DNA of 63,927 bases, counting the filler, from Cercozoa sp. M6MM (Eukaryota; Protista; Endomyxa: Ascetosporea): assembly GCA_040357565.1 (NCBI GenBank). It is 5 parts of 5 records of this genome, joined end to end, with 100 filler letters (N's around TTAATTAATTAA, not from the genome) between each part and the next. Parts side by side here need not be neighbours in the genome. Positions count along the whole stretch, not along the records: positions 11,205 to 39,870 come from JBDODJ010000138.1; 4 more parts are not named here. One strand, given 5' to 3'. The notes beneath the pieces were generated by a model. It had not been told where the DNA came from, ran no database searches, and saw only the letters and a program-made list of their open reading frames with translations. Positions 25,743 through 38,919 of the stretch are shown piece after piece (position 1 is the first letter of the stretch; each line of letters begins with the position of its first letter). The position numbers and the translations under genes are program-made.

Positions 25743-27435
25743 TCATGTCAGCGTCATGTTGACCATGCCGAGTCGACTGCGGTGATGCAGGACTTCAGTG
25801 GCCTTGCAGTCCTGCAGCAATTGCAACAACTCAGCTTCGTTGTCAAAGTCTTCAGCACCAGCGTCCAGTTTCACAGCCGCGCCTACAGTACCCATGAAAT
25901 TCCAAAAAATTATGGTTTACGATAAGAGAACACAGACAGGTGGGTCAGTACCAACACCGAGTCGCACCGCTTGCTGCGGAATGTGCGCCAGGTCAGTGCC
26001 GGTCATTGCGAAATCCGGAGTTGCGTTGGCCTCCAGGAAGTGTACCTGGCCGGCGCGATCGACGAGAAAGTCGAGGCCGTAGTACTCGAAACAGTGCGGC
26101 AACGGTGCGTAGGCGTGACTCTCGTGCAGCACGCACTCGAACACTTCCGCTGTGGCAAGGGAGAAAATCGAATATTATGGGAAGTACAGACGGACAGTGT
26201 ACCAGTACACTGCCGCATCTGTGCCATTATGCACTGCAAAAACTCTGGCCGGTCGGCAAAGTGGCGCGACAGCGAGTACACGCACTTGGACTCAATGTTC
26301 GCGCTGTTCGCGTGGTTGTTGGAGTGCATCTGCAGGTGCGTGTTGGTGACATGTGCCGCTTTGTTCTCGAGGTCACTCTCGCTGTATTTCTCGGCTGACA
26401 CCAGAGCAAGTGCATCCTCGCATCTGCGCTCAAATTCACAGCTACGCACTTCATATCTAAATGGAAAGAGCCAAGGTACAGAAAGATGCGCGCGTTGCCA
26501 ACAACGACGGCATAGATGCGAATGTGAAACTTGCGTCCATCGATCAGCATTGGGTCTGCAATGTACTGCTGCAACACCCACTGGCGGTGCAGCAACGCAC
26601 GCGCCTGCAGTTATGTTGTGCCCATCTCATCCATACGCGCAACCAAAATCCTTAATATATAATAACACCTGAGCAAGAGCCATGCGCTCGGCCATGGACA
26701 TGTCACGCGAGTCCTCGTCGTCACTGTCTTCGTCGTCACTGCCCTCCTCGATGTGCCGGCGCAACTGTTCCTCGAGGCTGTCTCTCGAATCGAACAGGAA
26801 GATGCCTAACAAGTTTGATATTATTACCCCCTCCTCCCAGAAACGAAGACAGAATACCCTTGCCCTGGTTGGTCATGGAGGCCTTGGCAATCCACACCGT
26901 CTTGTCGGCGGCAGCGAGCGAAGCCACCTCGGGTACGTCGTAGAGTGCCTCGTCCAGATCGTCCACATCGCTCACCTCGATCGCGAACGTCGGCGGAACG
27001 CACTTGTGTAGCGCACACGTCGGCCGCTTCGACATGTACTTTCGACTCAGGAAGGCTGCATTGACGTGCATCGTGAACAGTGCGGGCATGCAGATGGAAG
27101 TGAATGAAAGTACCGAACTGCGCCTTGCGGATTAGACCCTTGCGCGTGCAGAAATTGCATGTGCGTTTCTTGCCTCTCAATACGCTATATACATCAATAC
27201 ATCGAACTCCCACAGAGACAAGAAGCAAGTATACAGGTCCCAGTCGACGCGCTCGTACTCGGAGAGGTCCCAGGACGTTTCTTCATCACTAAGTAGCAAA
27301 CGACGGAAAACGGAATAACATGAGACGAAGGCAAAAATAAGCCTACGGAGCGGCGACGTCAATGCCAAAGTGCTCCAGTGCCTCCGTGATCAGTCGCGAG
27401 AAGTACGGGCAGTCTAGATCAACTTTTGCCCTCAT
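25743..27435 (-). CDS. Tubulin-tyrosine-ligase-like (ATP-grasp) protein, Pby1-like
   Basis: WIAKASMTNQGKGIFLF, VLQQYIADPMLIDGRKFHIRIYAV, AHVTNTHLQ, CFEYYGLDFLVD...FLEANATPDF are TTL-family motifs. Confidence 0.9.
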
Positions 27436-27684
27436 TATAGCTGGTAAGAGCACGCCACTGCACTGTCGCGCTTAAGCGACAACAACACTATTTCGCTCAA
27501 TTGTTTTCGGCTCACTTTGGCTCGTCAGAGCCTACCACGTTTTATTGCTTGATATTAGACTCAGACGTGCGCATCAGTGTTCACCCATTGACTGTTACAG
27601 CAGGTTGTCCTGCTGCGTCATTTTAGTCGCGGCGTTCTGGATTGAGCGATCGGCCTCGGGCAAAGCAAAAAACAAGCTTTGTTG

Positions 27685-30600
27685 ATGCAGGCTTTTTCGG
27701 AGAGCGAAGTTCTGGCCGCACTGTCCGACTCGCTAGCTCTGACGGAAGAAGCCAACGCGGCCAATGACGCCTTGCTAAATCTCGATTTTGAGTCGCTTAA
27801 TGAGGTGCCGCTTGCTCTGTAGCTTCGTGCGACCGCCGCTGAGCAATCGCTTGTGTGCGTGTGTGTAGGACCTGGCTCATCTGAAGGAGGACCCAGTGGT
27901 GCAACGGGCGCTTGAGAAGGGTCTGGACCTTCGAATGACGGTCCGAAATCTCGATGCTCAGTTGGTATTGTTGCTTCTGTGCTTTGGTTGAGTTGAGTTG
28001 AGTTGAGTTGAGTTGAGTTGAGTTGAGTTGAGTNNNNNNNNNNTTGAGTTGAGTTGAGTTGAGTTGAGTTGAGTTGAGTTGAGTTGAGTTGCTTTGAGTT
28101 GAGTTGAGTTGCTTTGAGTTGAGTTGAGTTGAGTTGCTTCGATAGCGAAAGGAGCGGTGCGAGCGAGCTCTCTGGTGGTGGCGCATCGCGAGTTGCGCCT
28201 CGCCAAGGTAGACGCGCTGCCGGACTGGCCGGTGCCGCTGTCGGCCGAGATCTGCGCCTTTGACGTGTTCGCCGACGCGGCGCTGCTGCACGCGGCGACG
28301 GAGACGGAGCTAGCGGCCGTGCCTGTGGCCGAGTTGAAGAAACGCATCAAGCAGGCGCAGGACGAAGCAGCGTCGCTCGAGTGCGACGAGTTGTTCCCGG
28401 AGCACTTTCGACTTGACGACGAGCAGGCGCGACTCGCGCGTTTCTCGCGTGCCGCCGCTTTGGTCACGTGTCTTCGGTGCTTTCGTCTTTCGCTTTCGCT
28501 TTGCTTTTGCTTTGCTCTTGTGTTGCTGACTGAGTGCTGTTGCTGGTGCAGAGTGCTGTGCAATGCCGCTGCTGCAGAGGAGAAGTTCCAACGCGAGTTC
28601 TTCTTCTTCGGACGGTGCTCTCTCTCTGCCTTCGCTTTGCTTTAAGTTGAGTTGCTTTGCTTTGAGTTGAGTTGAGTTGCTTTGCTTTGCTTTGAGTTGA
28701 GTCGAGTTGAGTTGAGTTGGTTTGCTTTGCTTTGCTTTGAGTTGAGTTGCTTGCTCTGAGTTGAGTTGCTTGCTTTGAGTTGAGTTGAGTTGCTTTGCTT
28801 TGAGTTGAGATTGGGTGAAATCGGCAGCGACTCTCCGCTGGCGGCCGATGCGTGTCGCGACATCTTCGGCAAGGTGTTCGACGCAGTGACAGAGCTGGTG
28901 GAGTTCGAGTTCGCCTTGGACGGCGACAACGCAGTCAAGAGCGGCGAGTGTGTGTCGCTCATGACGCTCATTCGCGTCGTCAACGATCTGCGTCGCTTCT
29001 ACGACGAGGAGGGTGCTTCTGCTTCCTTTCCTTTTGTAGCCTGTGTCTTGACTCGACTTGCGAACTGTGCTTTGCCCGCAGACAAGTGCGAACCCCTGGC
29101 CATGTTCCTGCAGCGACTCAGCATGTCGCTGTGGCCGCGCTTCCAGGCTTCGCTTCGACTGCACTGCGCTTCGCTTCGACGGGTGTCCTCTTTCTCTCCC
29201 CGCTGTCTCCTCCCTCTTTTGAAATCACAAAACCTTTTGCTTTCGCTTTCGCAGGCGGCGCAAATGCTTGAGCTTCGTGCTGCGAACTCGAATCCGCCCG
29301 ATCTACCGGTACAGCTTTGTTTCGCAGATTGTTGAATTGCTTTGTGCTTAATTTCGAAATTGTTGAGTTGCTTTGTGTGAAATTTCGAAATTGTTGAGTT
29401 GCTCGGTGTGAAATTTCGAAATTTCGAAATTGTTGAGTTGCTTCGTGCGAAATTTCGAAATTGTTGAGTTGCTTTGTGAGAAAAATGTGTGTGTGGTGTA
29501 GGTGCAAGCATCGGCGGTGTGTCTGAACTATGCGACGTTGGTGGCGTCGCTGGACTTTTTGGGCAGCACGCTGGAGCACGCACGCGGCGGTGCGCAGCTG
29601 GACACGGACCTGCGGCAGATGCGGCGACTCATGGAGCAGCTGTGCTTCCGACTCAGTGAGTCGATCAGTGAGCCGAGGTAGCACACCGTGTTGTTAAGAG
29701 AGAGTTCTTTGTTAAAGGTGCCATTTGTGTAGGAAACGCGTGGTGTTCTGCATCCTCAACTTTGATCTGGTGGCGGCGTGCTCGCTGGCACTGCTGCGAG
29801 CGGCTGTGCTGCCGCTGTGTCCCAACGAGAAGGAAGGTACCACAGGCACGTGCGTGTGTGTATGTGACCATGTGACCACTCATATGACCACGTGGTCATG
29901 TGACCACCCATGTGACCACTGACTGAGTGACTGCAGAGGAGGAGACCGAGTGCGACACGCGGCGCGTCACGTGGCTGCGCTCGGAAGCGACGTCGTGGCG
30001 CCGCCTGGTGCAGGAGCACGTCGCCGTCTTTGTCGAGAGCGAGCTGCAGGCGCACTTCTCGGCGTTGCTGGGTATCACTGCTCCCTTTGCCCCCTTACCC
30101 CTTACCCCCCCCTGCGCAGACTTTGTAAAGAACACCGAGTTCCGTCTGACGCAGTGTCAAGGGTACTGGCGTTTTACCCCCTTGTTATACCCCTCATAGT
30201 ACCCCCTGTCGCAACAGTCAAGAAGAGAGACAGCGCGTGGCTGACACCAAGGTGGTCCGATCGATTGCGTGCTCGTTCAAGTCGACGTGGCGACAGGGCA
30301 TTCGACACTGCAAGACCGCTGTTGACGAGCTATTCTCCGACTCCATGGTTGCTTTTGTTATACCCTCCCCCTTCCTCTAGCCTCGTTACACTTTACCCTA
30401 CTCTACTCCCTCTCCCAGAGGACACTGTCGTTGGGACCGCGATCGCTGCTGGCGCTGCGACGAGCCTCGGTGTCGCGCGACGTGCTGGAACTCCTGCTGG
30501 CACAACTCGTGCTGTACTACAAGAGGTGTGTTTGTTGTGCAGTGTGTGTGTTGTGTAGTGTATGTGTATGTGTATGTGTGTGTATGCACATGTGTTAATG

Positions 30601-30767
30601 TGTGTGTGTGAATGCATGTATGTGTGTATACACCTGTGTGAATTTATGTGTGCAGGTTCCAGCGACTGCTGCCGCAGCTGCCGGCCGTCGACACTGCCGC
30701 TGTCGAGGGCGAACTCACGCACGTGCAAGACCTCGGCTACGAGATCCGGCAGCTGCTGTCGCGGTAG
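27685..30767 (+). CDS. VPS52: Vacuolar protein sorting 52 (GARP/EARP subunit); internal gap
   Basis: EDPVVQRALEKGLDLR, AAAAEEKFQREFF, LSMSLWPRFQASLRLHCASL, FCILNFDLV, VQEHVAVFVESELQAHFSALLDFVK. Confidence 0.85.
27986..28135 (+). repeat. Intronic (TTGAG)n pentamer array; related array at 28645-28810
   Basis: Directly visible tandem TTGAG/TTGCT units. Confidence 0.95.
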
Positions 30768-31401
30768 TTAGTTAGTTGAGTCGGTGGGCTCTCGTCTAGG
30801 TAACCAACGCAACTAAGTAGTACAAAGAAAGGTCTGCATGCACACCAGATCATCTGAGTGAGTCGCGGTAGCTACGCTAGACCACTGCACACGACTTCCG
30901 TTCCCGTCGCTTTCATTTCTGTTTGTGTACGTGCGTACCATACGTGTGATTTGATCTTGCGATGGCATGACCGCTGGAACCTGCACACATCGCCGTATGT
31001 CTCGAAACTTGCTGAAGTTCTCATCCGGGTAGCGTCTTTTTTAATTGCCAGTCTGTAAAGAGTATATATCGTGCACATCTAATATCTATTTTTCAAAGGC
31101 GCCTTTGTTCATTGTGTTCACAGTGTTTCTCGTCGCAGGTCGTAGTTTTCGGCGACGCTGAGGATGCAGCGAAACGCGAGATTTTGCTGTCCCACAATCC
31201 CCGCCTTCATTGCGTGAATATCGCGCTAACTCCACTTTATTACCACAAATCTAGTATTTAAAGCTGTTAAAGTGTCCGGCAGCACTAAATATCGGCAAAG
31301 GAGTACCTCTTTTAATTTTGAGAGAGAAACAACAAGCCAAGATTTCGCGCCACAAGTGGTCTGTTTAGAGGTTGCGAGCGTTGCGACAGTGACCAAGCAG
31401 T

Positions 31402-31819
31402 ATGACTGCACTTCCTGAGCGCACCGATGATATCATCGAGCAGCTGTTTAAAGTACATTAATTCGTATTTGTCTGAGGTCCAGATCGAAAAGCGACTGTG
31501 CACAGGGACATGAAGCGGTGCTGAGCAAGCTGTTCACCCCACTTGAGTTCGAACGCGGCACTGCCAGGTACTAGGACACTGTTTTGGTTTGTGCCATCCC
31601 TTATTATCCTCCCCTATCCTATCTGGTAGAGCGGCCATTCGCGCGTCAACGACTGCCCTGTCCCGTGCCGATCTCCTGCGAAAAGGTGACGTTTTCGGAT
31701 TCGAAGAAAATTCAACATACACTTACTGTGGCTGCGGACAGATGTCCGCGTGCAAGACGGCAAGAAAGGCGGGTTTCGCGCCGCTGCGACTGAGCTGTTT
31801 CCTGTATTATTTTTTTTGG

Positions 31820-31853
<34 letters not shown>

Positions 31854-34265
31854 GGTTGGTGTGTCTGTAGGACGAGTGGCTCGCCGAGCACATGGACTGG
31901 TCGTCCGATGACATTGCCAAGGGCGTTGGTGGCCCAGTGGTCAATCTGGGTACCACGTGCTGTCTGTGTGACCCTCCTGTCTTTGACCCTTCTGTCTTTG
32001 ACCCTGATACACCCTATCACCCCACACCCCTTAGGCAAGAGCGGCGCACTGTCGGCGGCACTGTTGTTATTGGCGTATTTGCCGCCTTTGCAGCAAGTGA
32101 TTCAGCAGCACCCGCATCAGGTAACCTTCAGTTCCACTGTTTCCTTCTTGCAGCCACACTCTCATACACTCCCACCATCGCCGACAGTGCAATGTGGCGT
32201 CAAGAAACGCGTTCTGTGCCATGTGCGAACTTGAGAAGACACTGCCGAAATTGCTGCGAAACAAAATTGTATCATTGCACATGTTAAACCCCCACTGTGT
32301 TTCTCGGTTTTGGGGCCCCCCCCCCCCCAGACGGAAAAGCTCTCGCCAGAGGAGCTGTTTCGCCGACTGCGCTCGCTGAGTTCTCACTTGCGCAGCAATC
32401 GGTTCAACGACGTGCACGAGGTACAGCTATGCAGCTTTGCCTACCCACCCCATCCCCTTACCCGCCCCTTTACTCTACCCCTCTACTCCACCCCTCTACT
32501 CCACCCCTCTACCCTCACGCCTCCCATGCAGGTGCTCCGTGCCCTGCTGACGCAAGCGAACGAATCTTCGCTGCCGCGAGAGTACGCCAGACTCGATCAG
32601 GTACCGGTTGTTTTTACCCCCTTTACCCCCATTTTAACCCCCACCTACTCTGTCTTGCCTTGTGCGCAGAGCACGCGTGCCAAGGTGAGTGCGCGCATGC
32701 TGGAGACCTCGCGTTTCGGTCGTCTTTTTGGCGGCTATACCGTGCGCGAGTTGCGCTGCGTTAAGTGTCGCGCCGAACGCAGCGTTTACGATCATTTCGC
32801 CGAGTTGCTTCTGCCCGGTAGCGCTTCGCTCGATTTTCGCTTTGTTTCACAATTGCTTTCGCTTTGTTTCGAAATTTCTTGAATAGCTTTGCTTTTGTTT
32901 CGAAATTTCTTGAATAGCTTTGCTTTTGTTTTGCGTGGTGAAACTGACTGTTTTGTTGTGCGTAGTGTCGAAACGTGCACCGAACGTGGCGGCGGCGCTG
33001 AAGCAGTTGTTCGCAAAGCGAGAGAGTTTCAAGCTGCAGTGCGCACAGTGCGATTCGGTGTGTTTTTTTCTTGTTGTTTTGTCTTGTTGTTTTGTCTTGT
33101 TGTTTTGTCTTGTTGNNNNNNNNNNTCTTGTTGTTTTGTCTTGTTGTTTTGTCTTGTTGTTTTGTCTTGTTGGCTGTGTGAAGCTGTTGTTGGTTGGCAG
33201 CTGCAAGAGACGGAGTCGGCGAGCCGCGTGTTTCACCCGCCGCGTGTGCTGCTGGTGTCGCTGAAACGATGGCAGCAGGGCCGCGACGGTCTGTCGAAAC
33301 TCAGCAAGCACGTCGCTTTCGACGAGCAGCTCGACCTGGGTGCCTTCCTGTCCGACGACAACGCTGCCATGCTGCAGCACAAGCAGGTAGTTTTGCCCTT
33401 CCCTGAGTCTACCCATGCCCTATACCCAATACCCACACACCCTTTACCCCTACCTTTACCCCTCCCTTGACAGTCCAAGGCAGCGTGGCGACAGTCAGAC
33501 GTGCCGATGCGGTACCGACTGCACTGTGTCGTGGCCCACACCGGCAGCAGTCACGAGTCTGGTACCTTTTGCATAGACATAACATCGCCCCCCCCCCCGC
33601 TGTGTCTATATGCATGGGTCGCAACAGGTGAGTACGAGGTGTTTGCACGTGCACCTGACGGTGTCTTCTACGCTTTCGACACTGGTACCAATTGCTCGAC
33701 TGACTCCAGTCGAGTCCAGTTACATCCATGTGTGTGTGCAGTCAAGGCACAAGTGACACGTGCCAAGTGGTCGCGCGTGCAGCGATCCTGCGCCTACATG
33801 CTGGCCTACATCCGCGTGGACGAGTCGCGCGCGCCCGGGGCGCAAGTCTTCCTCCGCGCGGAAGAGGACAAGAGCCGCGCGGATGCGGTTGACACCAAGC
33901 GCGACGCCAACGCCGAGGCCGCGTTGATGCGTATTTTCGGCACGACCGAGAACAAGTGGAAGCAGCGTCGTGAGAAGCAGGAGGTGTGTGTGTGTGTGTT
34001 CCTTGTGTTTCACCCCCCTTACACTCTATGTGTTGTCGTTAGGCCAAGAAGAAGCGGGAGGAGGAACAACGTCGGCGTGGCGTGGACGAGAGCGGCTTCA
34101 AGCTGCCGCTGTCGCTGCAACGTCTGCAGGAGAAGGCGCGTCTGCAGCAGAGGCAACAGGAGCAGCACCTGCAGGAAGATCAGAAGTCGCTAATGACACA
34201 GAAGGCAACGCTGAGCGCCACCGCTGCTGTGACTTCCTTCGCCACCCGTACTCTCTTTCTCTCCC

Positions 34266-34317
<52 letters not shown>

Positions 34318-34919
34318 ATATGTATGTATATATATATATCCTCATCCTAACTACCCCATTACCGGAACAGGCGCACCGAGGATATTCACCGAGGCGATCG
34401 CTGCGCAGTCGGCGGTACAGATGCCGTCGCTGTCGCACGCACTGCTGCCGGGTCAGGATGCCGATCAGGACGGTGACAGTGATCATGGGGATGATCGTAG
34501 TGACTCAGCTGATGGTGACACGGCTGACGGTGACACGGCTGACGGTGACACCGCCGACTCTGCCTCGACCGCGGTTGTTGCACCGGCCGCCAAGCGACGC
34601 CGACTGTACGGCGAGCGTGCCGCCAGGCAGCAGCGCGAGCTCACTCGAGAGGAGGCGCGCAGTGCCACCGGCGTCGTTGCCGACTCGTGGTTCAACAACG
34701 ACAAGGACAGCGGCAACGACAAGGACAGCCGTGTCAGGCACACCAAGCGCGAGCGCATCGGCACCAAACTGGACTGGTACGACCGGCAACTCGACGAAGG
34801 TCGCGTCGCCAAAAAAGGCCGCAAGAAACAAGCACTCACGTCGTCCGACATGTTCCAGACGCAGCACGAGAAGAACCGCACCGTCACGCCGGCACAGCGA
34901 GGTGTGTCGTTATAATATA

Positions 34920-34956
<37 letters not shown>

Positions 34957-35286
34957 TTTTTAATATGTTGACACTGTCTCTAGGCCGTGAGTCCCGTGGC
35001 AGAGGACGCGGACGTGGACGCGGTTTCGGACGCGGACGTGGACGCGGTTTCGGACGCGGACGTGGACGCGGTTTTGGACGTGGCGGACGCGGACGCGGCG
35101 GTTTCGGACGCGGGCGTGGACGTGGTCGCGGCCGTGGTGGACGTGGCCGCGGCTTTGGTGGTACCCAGTGTCTACTCGACCTTTATGCTGCAATCGAGCC
35201 CCTGCTCAGTGTGTTCAAATGAGTTTTACTTCTGTGCACCTACTGCGTTAGGACGTGGTCGCGGTCGCGGGCGCTCTACTTCGTAA
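31402..35286 (+). CDS. USP36: USP36/USP42-like ubiquitin-specific protease homolog, predicted catalytically dead, with RGG tail
   Basis: LFTPLEFERG, ELFPDEWL...W, VVNLGKSGALSAALLLLAYLPPL, LFGGYTVRELRCVKC, CAQC, PRVLLVSLKRW, YRLHCVVAHTGSSHESGEY, AYMLAYIR, DWYDRQLDEGRVAKK...DMFQ, then (GRGRGRGF)n. Confidence 0.85.
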
Positions 35287-36688
35287 TCGCACCCACAACA
35301 TGCCGTGCGTTAACGCTAACCTTGGTTTCTTGCTCGCTTACACTACGTTAGACTCATCGAACGCAATCAAAGGTTTACCCAGGATTTGCGGTTCGAGTTT
35401 GAAACCAAAACACAACAACCCCGAGCGCCACACCGCGCAGTACAGTAATTAGATGCAGTGGGCACAGCACAGCCGTGTACTATGCTGTGCAAGTTGTGTT
35501 GCGAGTGAGATTTGCTAAGTTGTCCAGCATCGGTAATTGTGATGAAGACCCGCATGAGTGATAAAGCCTAGTGTTTAACCTACCAACTGCCCAAGGAACC
35601 CGCGATACTCAGGCAGTTGCCCGAGTGCACAAGCACGAGACAAGAGGTCTGTTTTCTCACTTTACGAGTCTGTTGGTACTGCTACTATGTTCCGTATAGC
35701 TTGATGCACATTCTGAGCGTCACTTGTGTTTGTTTCATGACTCAGAAGCAGGTGTCATTGTGTGACACTGCGGCACAGATCATGGCTGTGCCTTGCCTCC
35801 ACTTGCTTACCTCATAACCCTCGCAACTGTTTAGACACCATGTTTTCGACCCTTCTCCTACTCGACTGTATGAGAGGTGTTTCTTCAGCAAAATATCTGC
35901 AGATCGTGCGATTTTGTGAATGCAGAGCGGTTGTACCCATTCAATTGAGCTTCGCCTCGGGCGCGTCATCATGACCCAGCCCCTCGAACTTTTAAAACAG
36001 AACTGAAATCATCTATTGTTGGGAGGCTAGCTGTTTCAATTGCTAAGCGCATACTTATGATACTAATCAAATGATACTAATCAAACTCATCAATCGTGTG
36101 GCTCGTATTTTTTGCAGACCGGAGTGAGACGTCTCGCAGACGGCGACTTGGCACGTCTTGATTCCGCAAAGAAATAGTTCAAACTTAGGTTGTGCCGAAA
36201 GTCGTGACATGTTTCCTGAGCAAATGTGGTCTCATGGAACGCATGAACTAGAGCAGAAGTTATGACGGCGCGATTGCCAAAAAGGGACCGTCTTAAAGCC
36301 AGCAGAGGCCGACTAGTTGAATTCAAGTATCAGAGTTGCTAGTCTTTTTATCTGTCTCGGTGAGTGGTGAGTTCGTAAAATACCCCCGGGGCAGTATAAA
36401 ACTTGCTCTAAGTTTATACGGCGTTACAGCGCTTAGTGGCAGAGCTCAAGCTGAGTGTGGTTTGTTTCTGCGAATTCTACTTCCAACACGTAAATGTAAA
36501 GCATATGTGGTATCGCTGCAAACGTAAAATCTAAACATGCTTGTTCGTATTGCTGTATTGGTATCGGGTCATTGACTCATTCTTGTCAAACACGCTTCCG
36601 CGCGGCGGAGGTCAAAGCGGACGGACAAGTGGGGTTGCAAGTCTTCCACAACCCTCACCACGCTTTCTGTTGTGTCTCTTCACACTAC

Positions 36689-36730
<42 letters not shown>

Positions 36731-36781
36731 TGAGTTATTCTTGCTTGCACACGCTTGACTCGTTTCCCTTGCCTTGCTGAG

Positions 36782-38096
36782 ATGTACCTGCTCGCTTCGA
36801 TTGTGGCTGCTGCTTGCGTCGCTGGTGCGCACGCCAAGTTCGACAGTGAGTTTTCTTAAGCTCCCTGCTATCTACTGTAGCTACTGTAGCCACTGGGGGC
36901 TACTGTAGCTACACTTTGGCCCATTTAACTTTAAGCAAGCGAGTGAGTCGAGTTTGTCTTGTGCAGTCAACGCGCTCGCCGCGGCGGGATTGCTGAGCGA
37001 CAGCTACTCTGGCGGTGCCGGTAATTTTCCAGTACATTTTGGTGTTACAATACTTCCTAGCTCCCTGGATATCTGTATACTGATGTGCCTGTCTGAACTG
37101 CACAGGTGGAGCGCACGGTGGACACGGTGCTCCCCGAGGTACTGCTGCACACTGTCACAATGCGCAACTGAATGTCTACTCCCGTGTTTCATTGTGTCTG
37201 TGTGGTGTGTGAACTTTGACAGGCAGCGGCGACTACGGCAGCGGTGACTCGCACTCCTACGAGGTACTTCAAAATACTGTAATTTATAGACTACAACTTA
37301 CGACTGCGCGCACAACCGAAGTACTGATGTCGCACTTTTGAAATACTCTGGCTGCTTGACAGGCTCCCAAGTACGAGACGCCATCGTATGAGGCGCCCGA
37401 GTACGAAGCTCCTTCATACGAGGCACCCAAGTACGAGGCTCCTTCGTATGAGCAACCCAAGTACGAGGCTCCTTCGTATGAGCAACCCAAGTACGAGGCT
37501 CCTTCGTATGAGCAACCCAAGTACGAGGCTCCCTCCTACGAGGTACCTACTCTCTCCTCTTCCTTTGATATTATAAACAGCAGCAGTACCTTCTCTATGC
37601 TCACAGCAACCCAAGTACGAATCGCCCAAGTACGAGCAGCCCAAGTACCAACAGGCAGGGCACAAGTCGGGCCGCTCAGGCCGCTTGAGTCGCTCGGATC
37701 GCTCGGGTCACTCGGGCCGCTCGAATCGCTCGGACCGCTCGGGCGGATACAAGATGAGCCCTCAGTACGGAGCTCCCAAATACGAGACGCCCAAATACGA
37801 GGTGCAGCCTATTTGTTTTGCTCAGCTTGCTTCCTGTAGATTTAGTACGCACATTCATATCGCTGGCGTTGTTACAGGCACCCAAGTACGAAGCAGCGTC
37901 CTACGAGCAGCCCAAGTACGAATCGTCCGCGGCAAAACACGAGGAGTACCAGCCTGAGCACGGCGGCCGTGTCTACGAGAGCGGCAGCGGCAATGGCCGC
38001 GGCGGTAGCGGCTCCGGCTACGGCGGCAGCGGCAGCGGCGGTCGTCGTAGTCGCCGCGGTGGACGCCAGCAGCGTCATCGTCGTCGCCGCTACTAA
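36782..38096 (+). CDS. Secreted Tyr/Pro/Glu-rich pentapeptide-repeat protein with Gly/Arg-rich tail
   Basis: Signal peptide MYLLASIVAAACVAGAHA, then APKYE/APSYE/QPKYE repeats, SGRS repeats, and GGSGSG...RRRRY-stop. Confidence 0.85.
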
Positions 38097-38919
38097 TTAT
38101 CAACTGTTCGGACGATCATGCCGCGACGCATACTATACATACTGTACGCGAACCAAGATTCAGACACCTATTTTGACAGTTGGCACACGAATATTCGATT
38201 GCTTCAGTTTATTAAGTCAGGCGTCAGTAAATACGATAGGTGAGTACGATACAATACGGTATAGTACGAGACACAGCACGAGCACCCCACGAAGGCCGAG
38301 TCGCGTCGCGCAGCCTAGTCTAGTTTGTGGAGACCGTAAGTAAATTAAAGTCACTTAAATGGTACGGCGCGGCGCCGCACGCCACGCACGGTAGAGGAAC
38401 TTAGTTACAGTTACAGATCGACTAATGTAACTACAAAGATACGCTAGCTAGTGTATCATGGGTGGAGAAACGACACAACGAAACGCAAGAAGCTACGCGT
38501 CAGTGCAGATCTCGCCGCTGTCGTTGTTTCTGCTTCTGTTGGAACGTTCACACTTGACAGGGCGCGATACCTAGCTACAGGGGGGAGTTACGGACAGTTA
38601 GTTACAGGAAGTAAAATTGTCATGTTTATTTCACCTAATATTGCCCGATTTCACTCGACGCGTCCCGATCGCTAATCATGCTCTGCACCCACACGGCTAG
38701 GATATTTTCAGAGCACATGCTATCTTTCTATCCTTAAACGGTCGAGCAGTTTGTAAATTACGTTAAGTTAATGTCACGTCACGGTAGCTAGGGGGCATTC
38801 GCGGACGGTAGTCCCGAGGCCGTAGAGTCCGAGGTCACCATCGCGGTCGCAATGGCGACGGGCAACAGAGTTCAGCGGGGTGCGCAACCTCGGTGCGCAG
38901 CCTCGGGGTGTACGCTAGT

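Noticed and set aside
27953-28145. VPS52 apparently missing a large conserved N-terminal segment
   Set aside because: An N-gap sits inside the TTGAG array, so collapsed repeats probably hide exons.
32870-32915. Two perfect nGAAnnTTCnnGAAn heat-shock-element matches
   Set aside because: They lie in a mid-gene repeat-filled intron and arise from a 31-bp duplication of the local TTTCGAAATTT motif; probably coincidental.
35300-36700. Possible ncRNA or gene in the long intergenic stretch (box C-like GTGATGA near 35539)
   Set aside because: No convincing box D with terminal stem, tRNA fold or protein motif could be identified by eye.
37380-37545. Regular 30-bp repeats resembling a CRISPR array
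   Set aside because: No unique spacers; they encode in-frame APSYEQPKYE repeats in a spliced eukaryotic gene.
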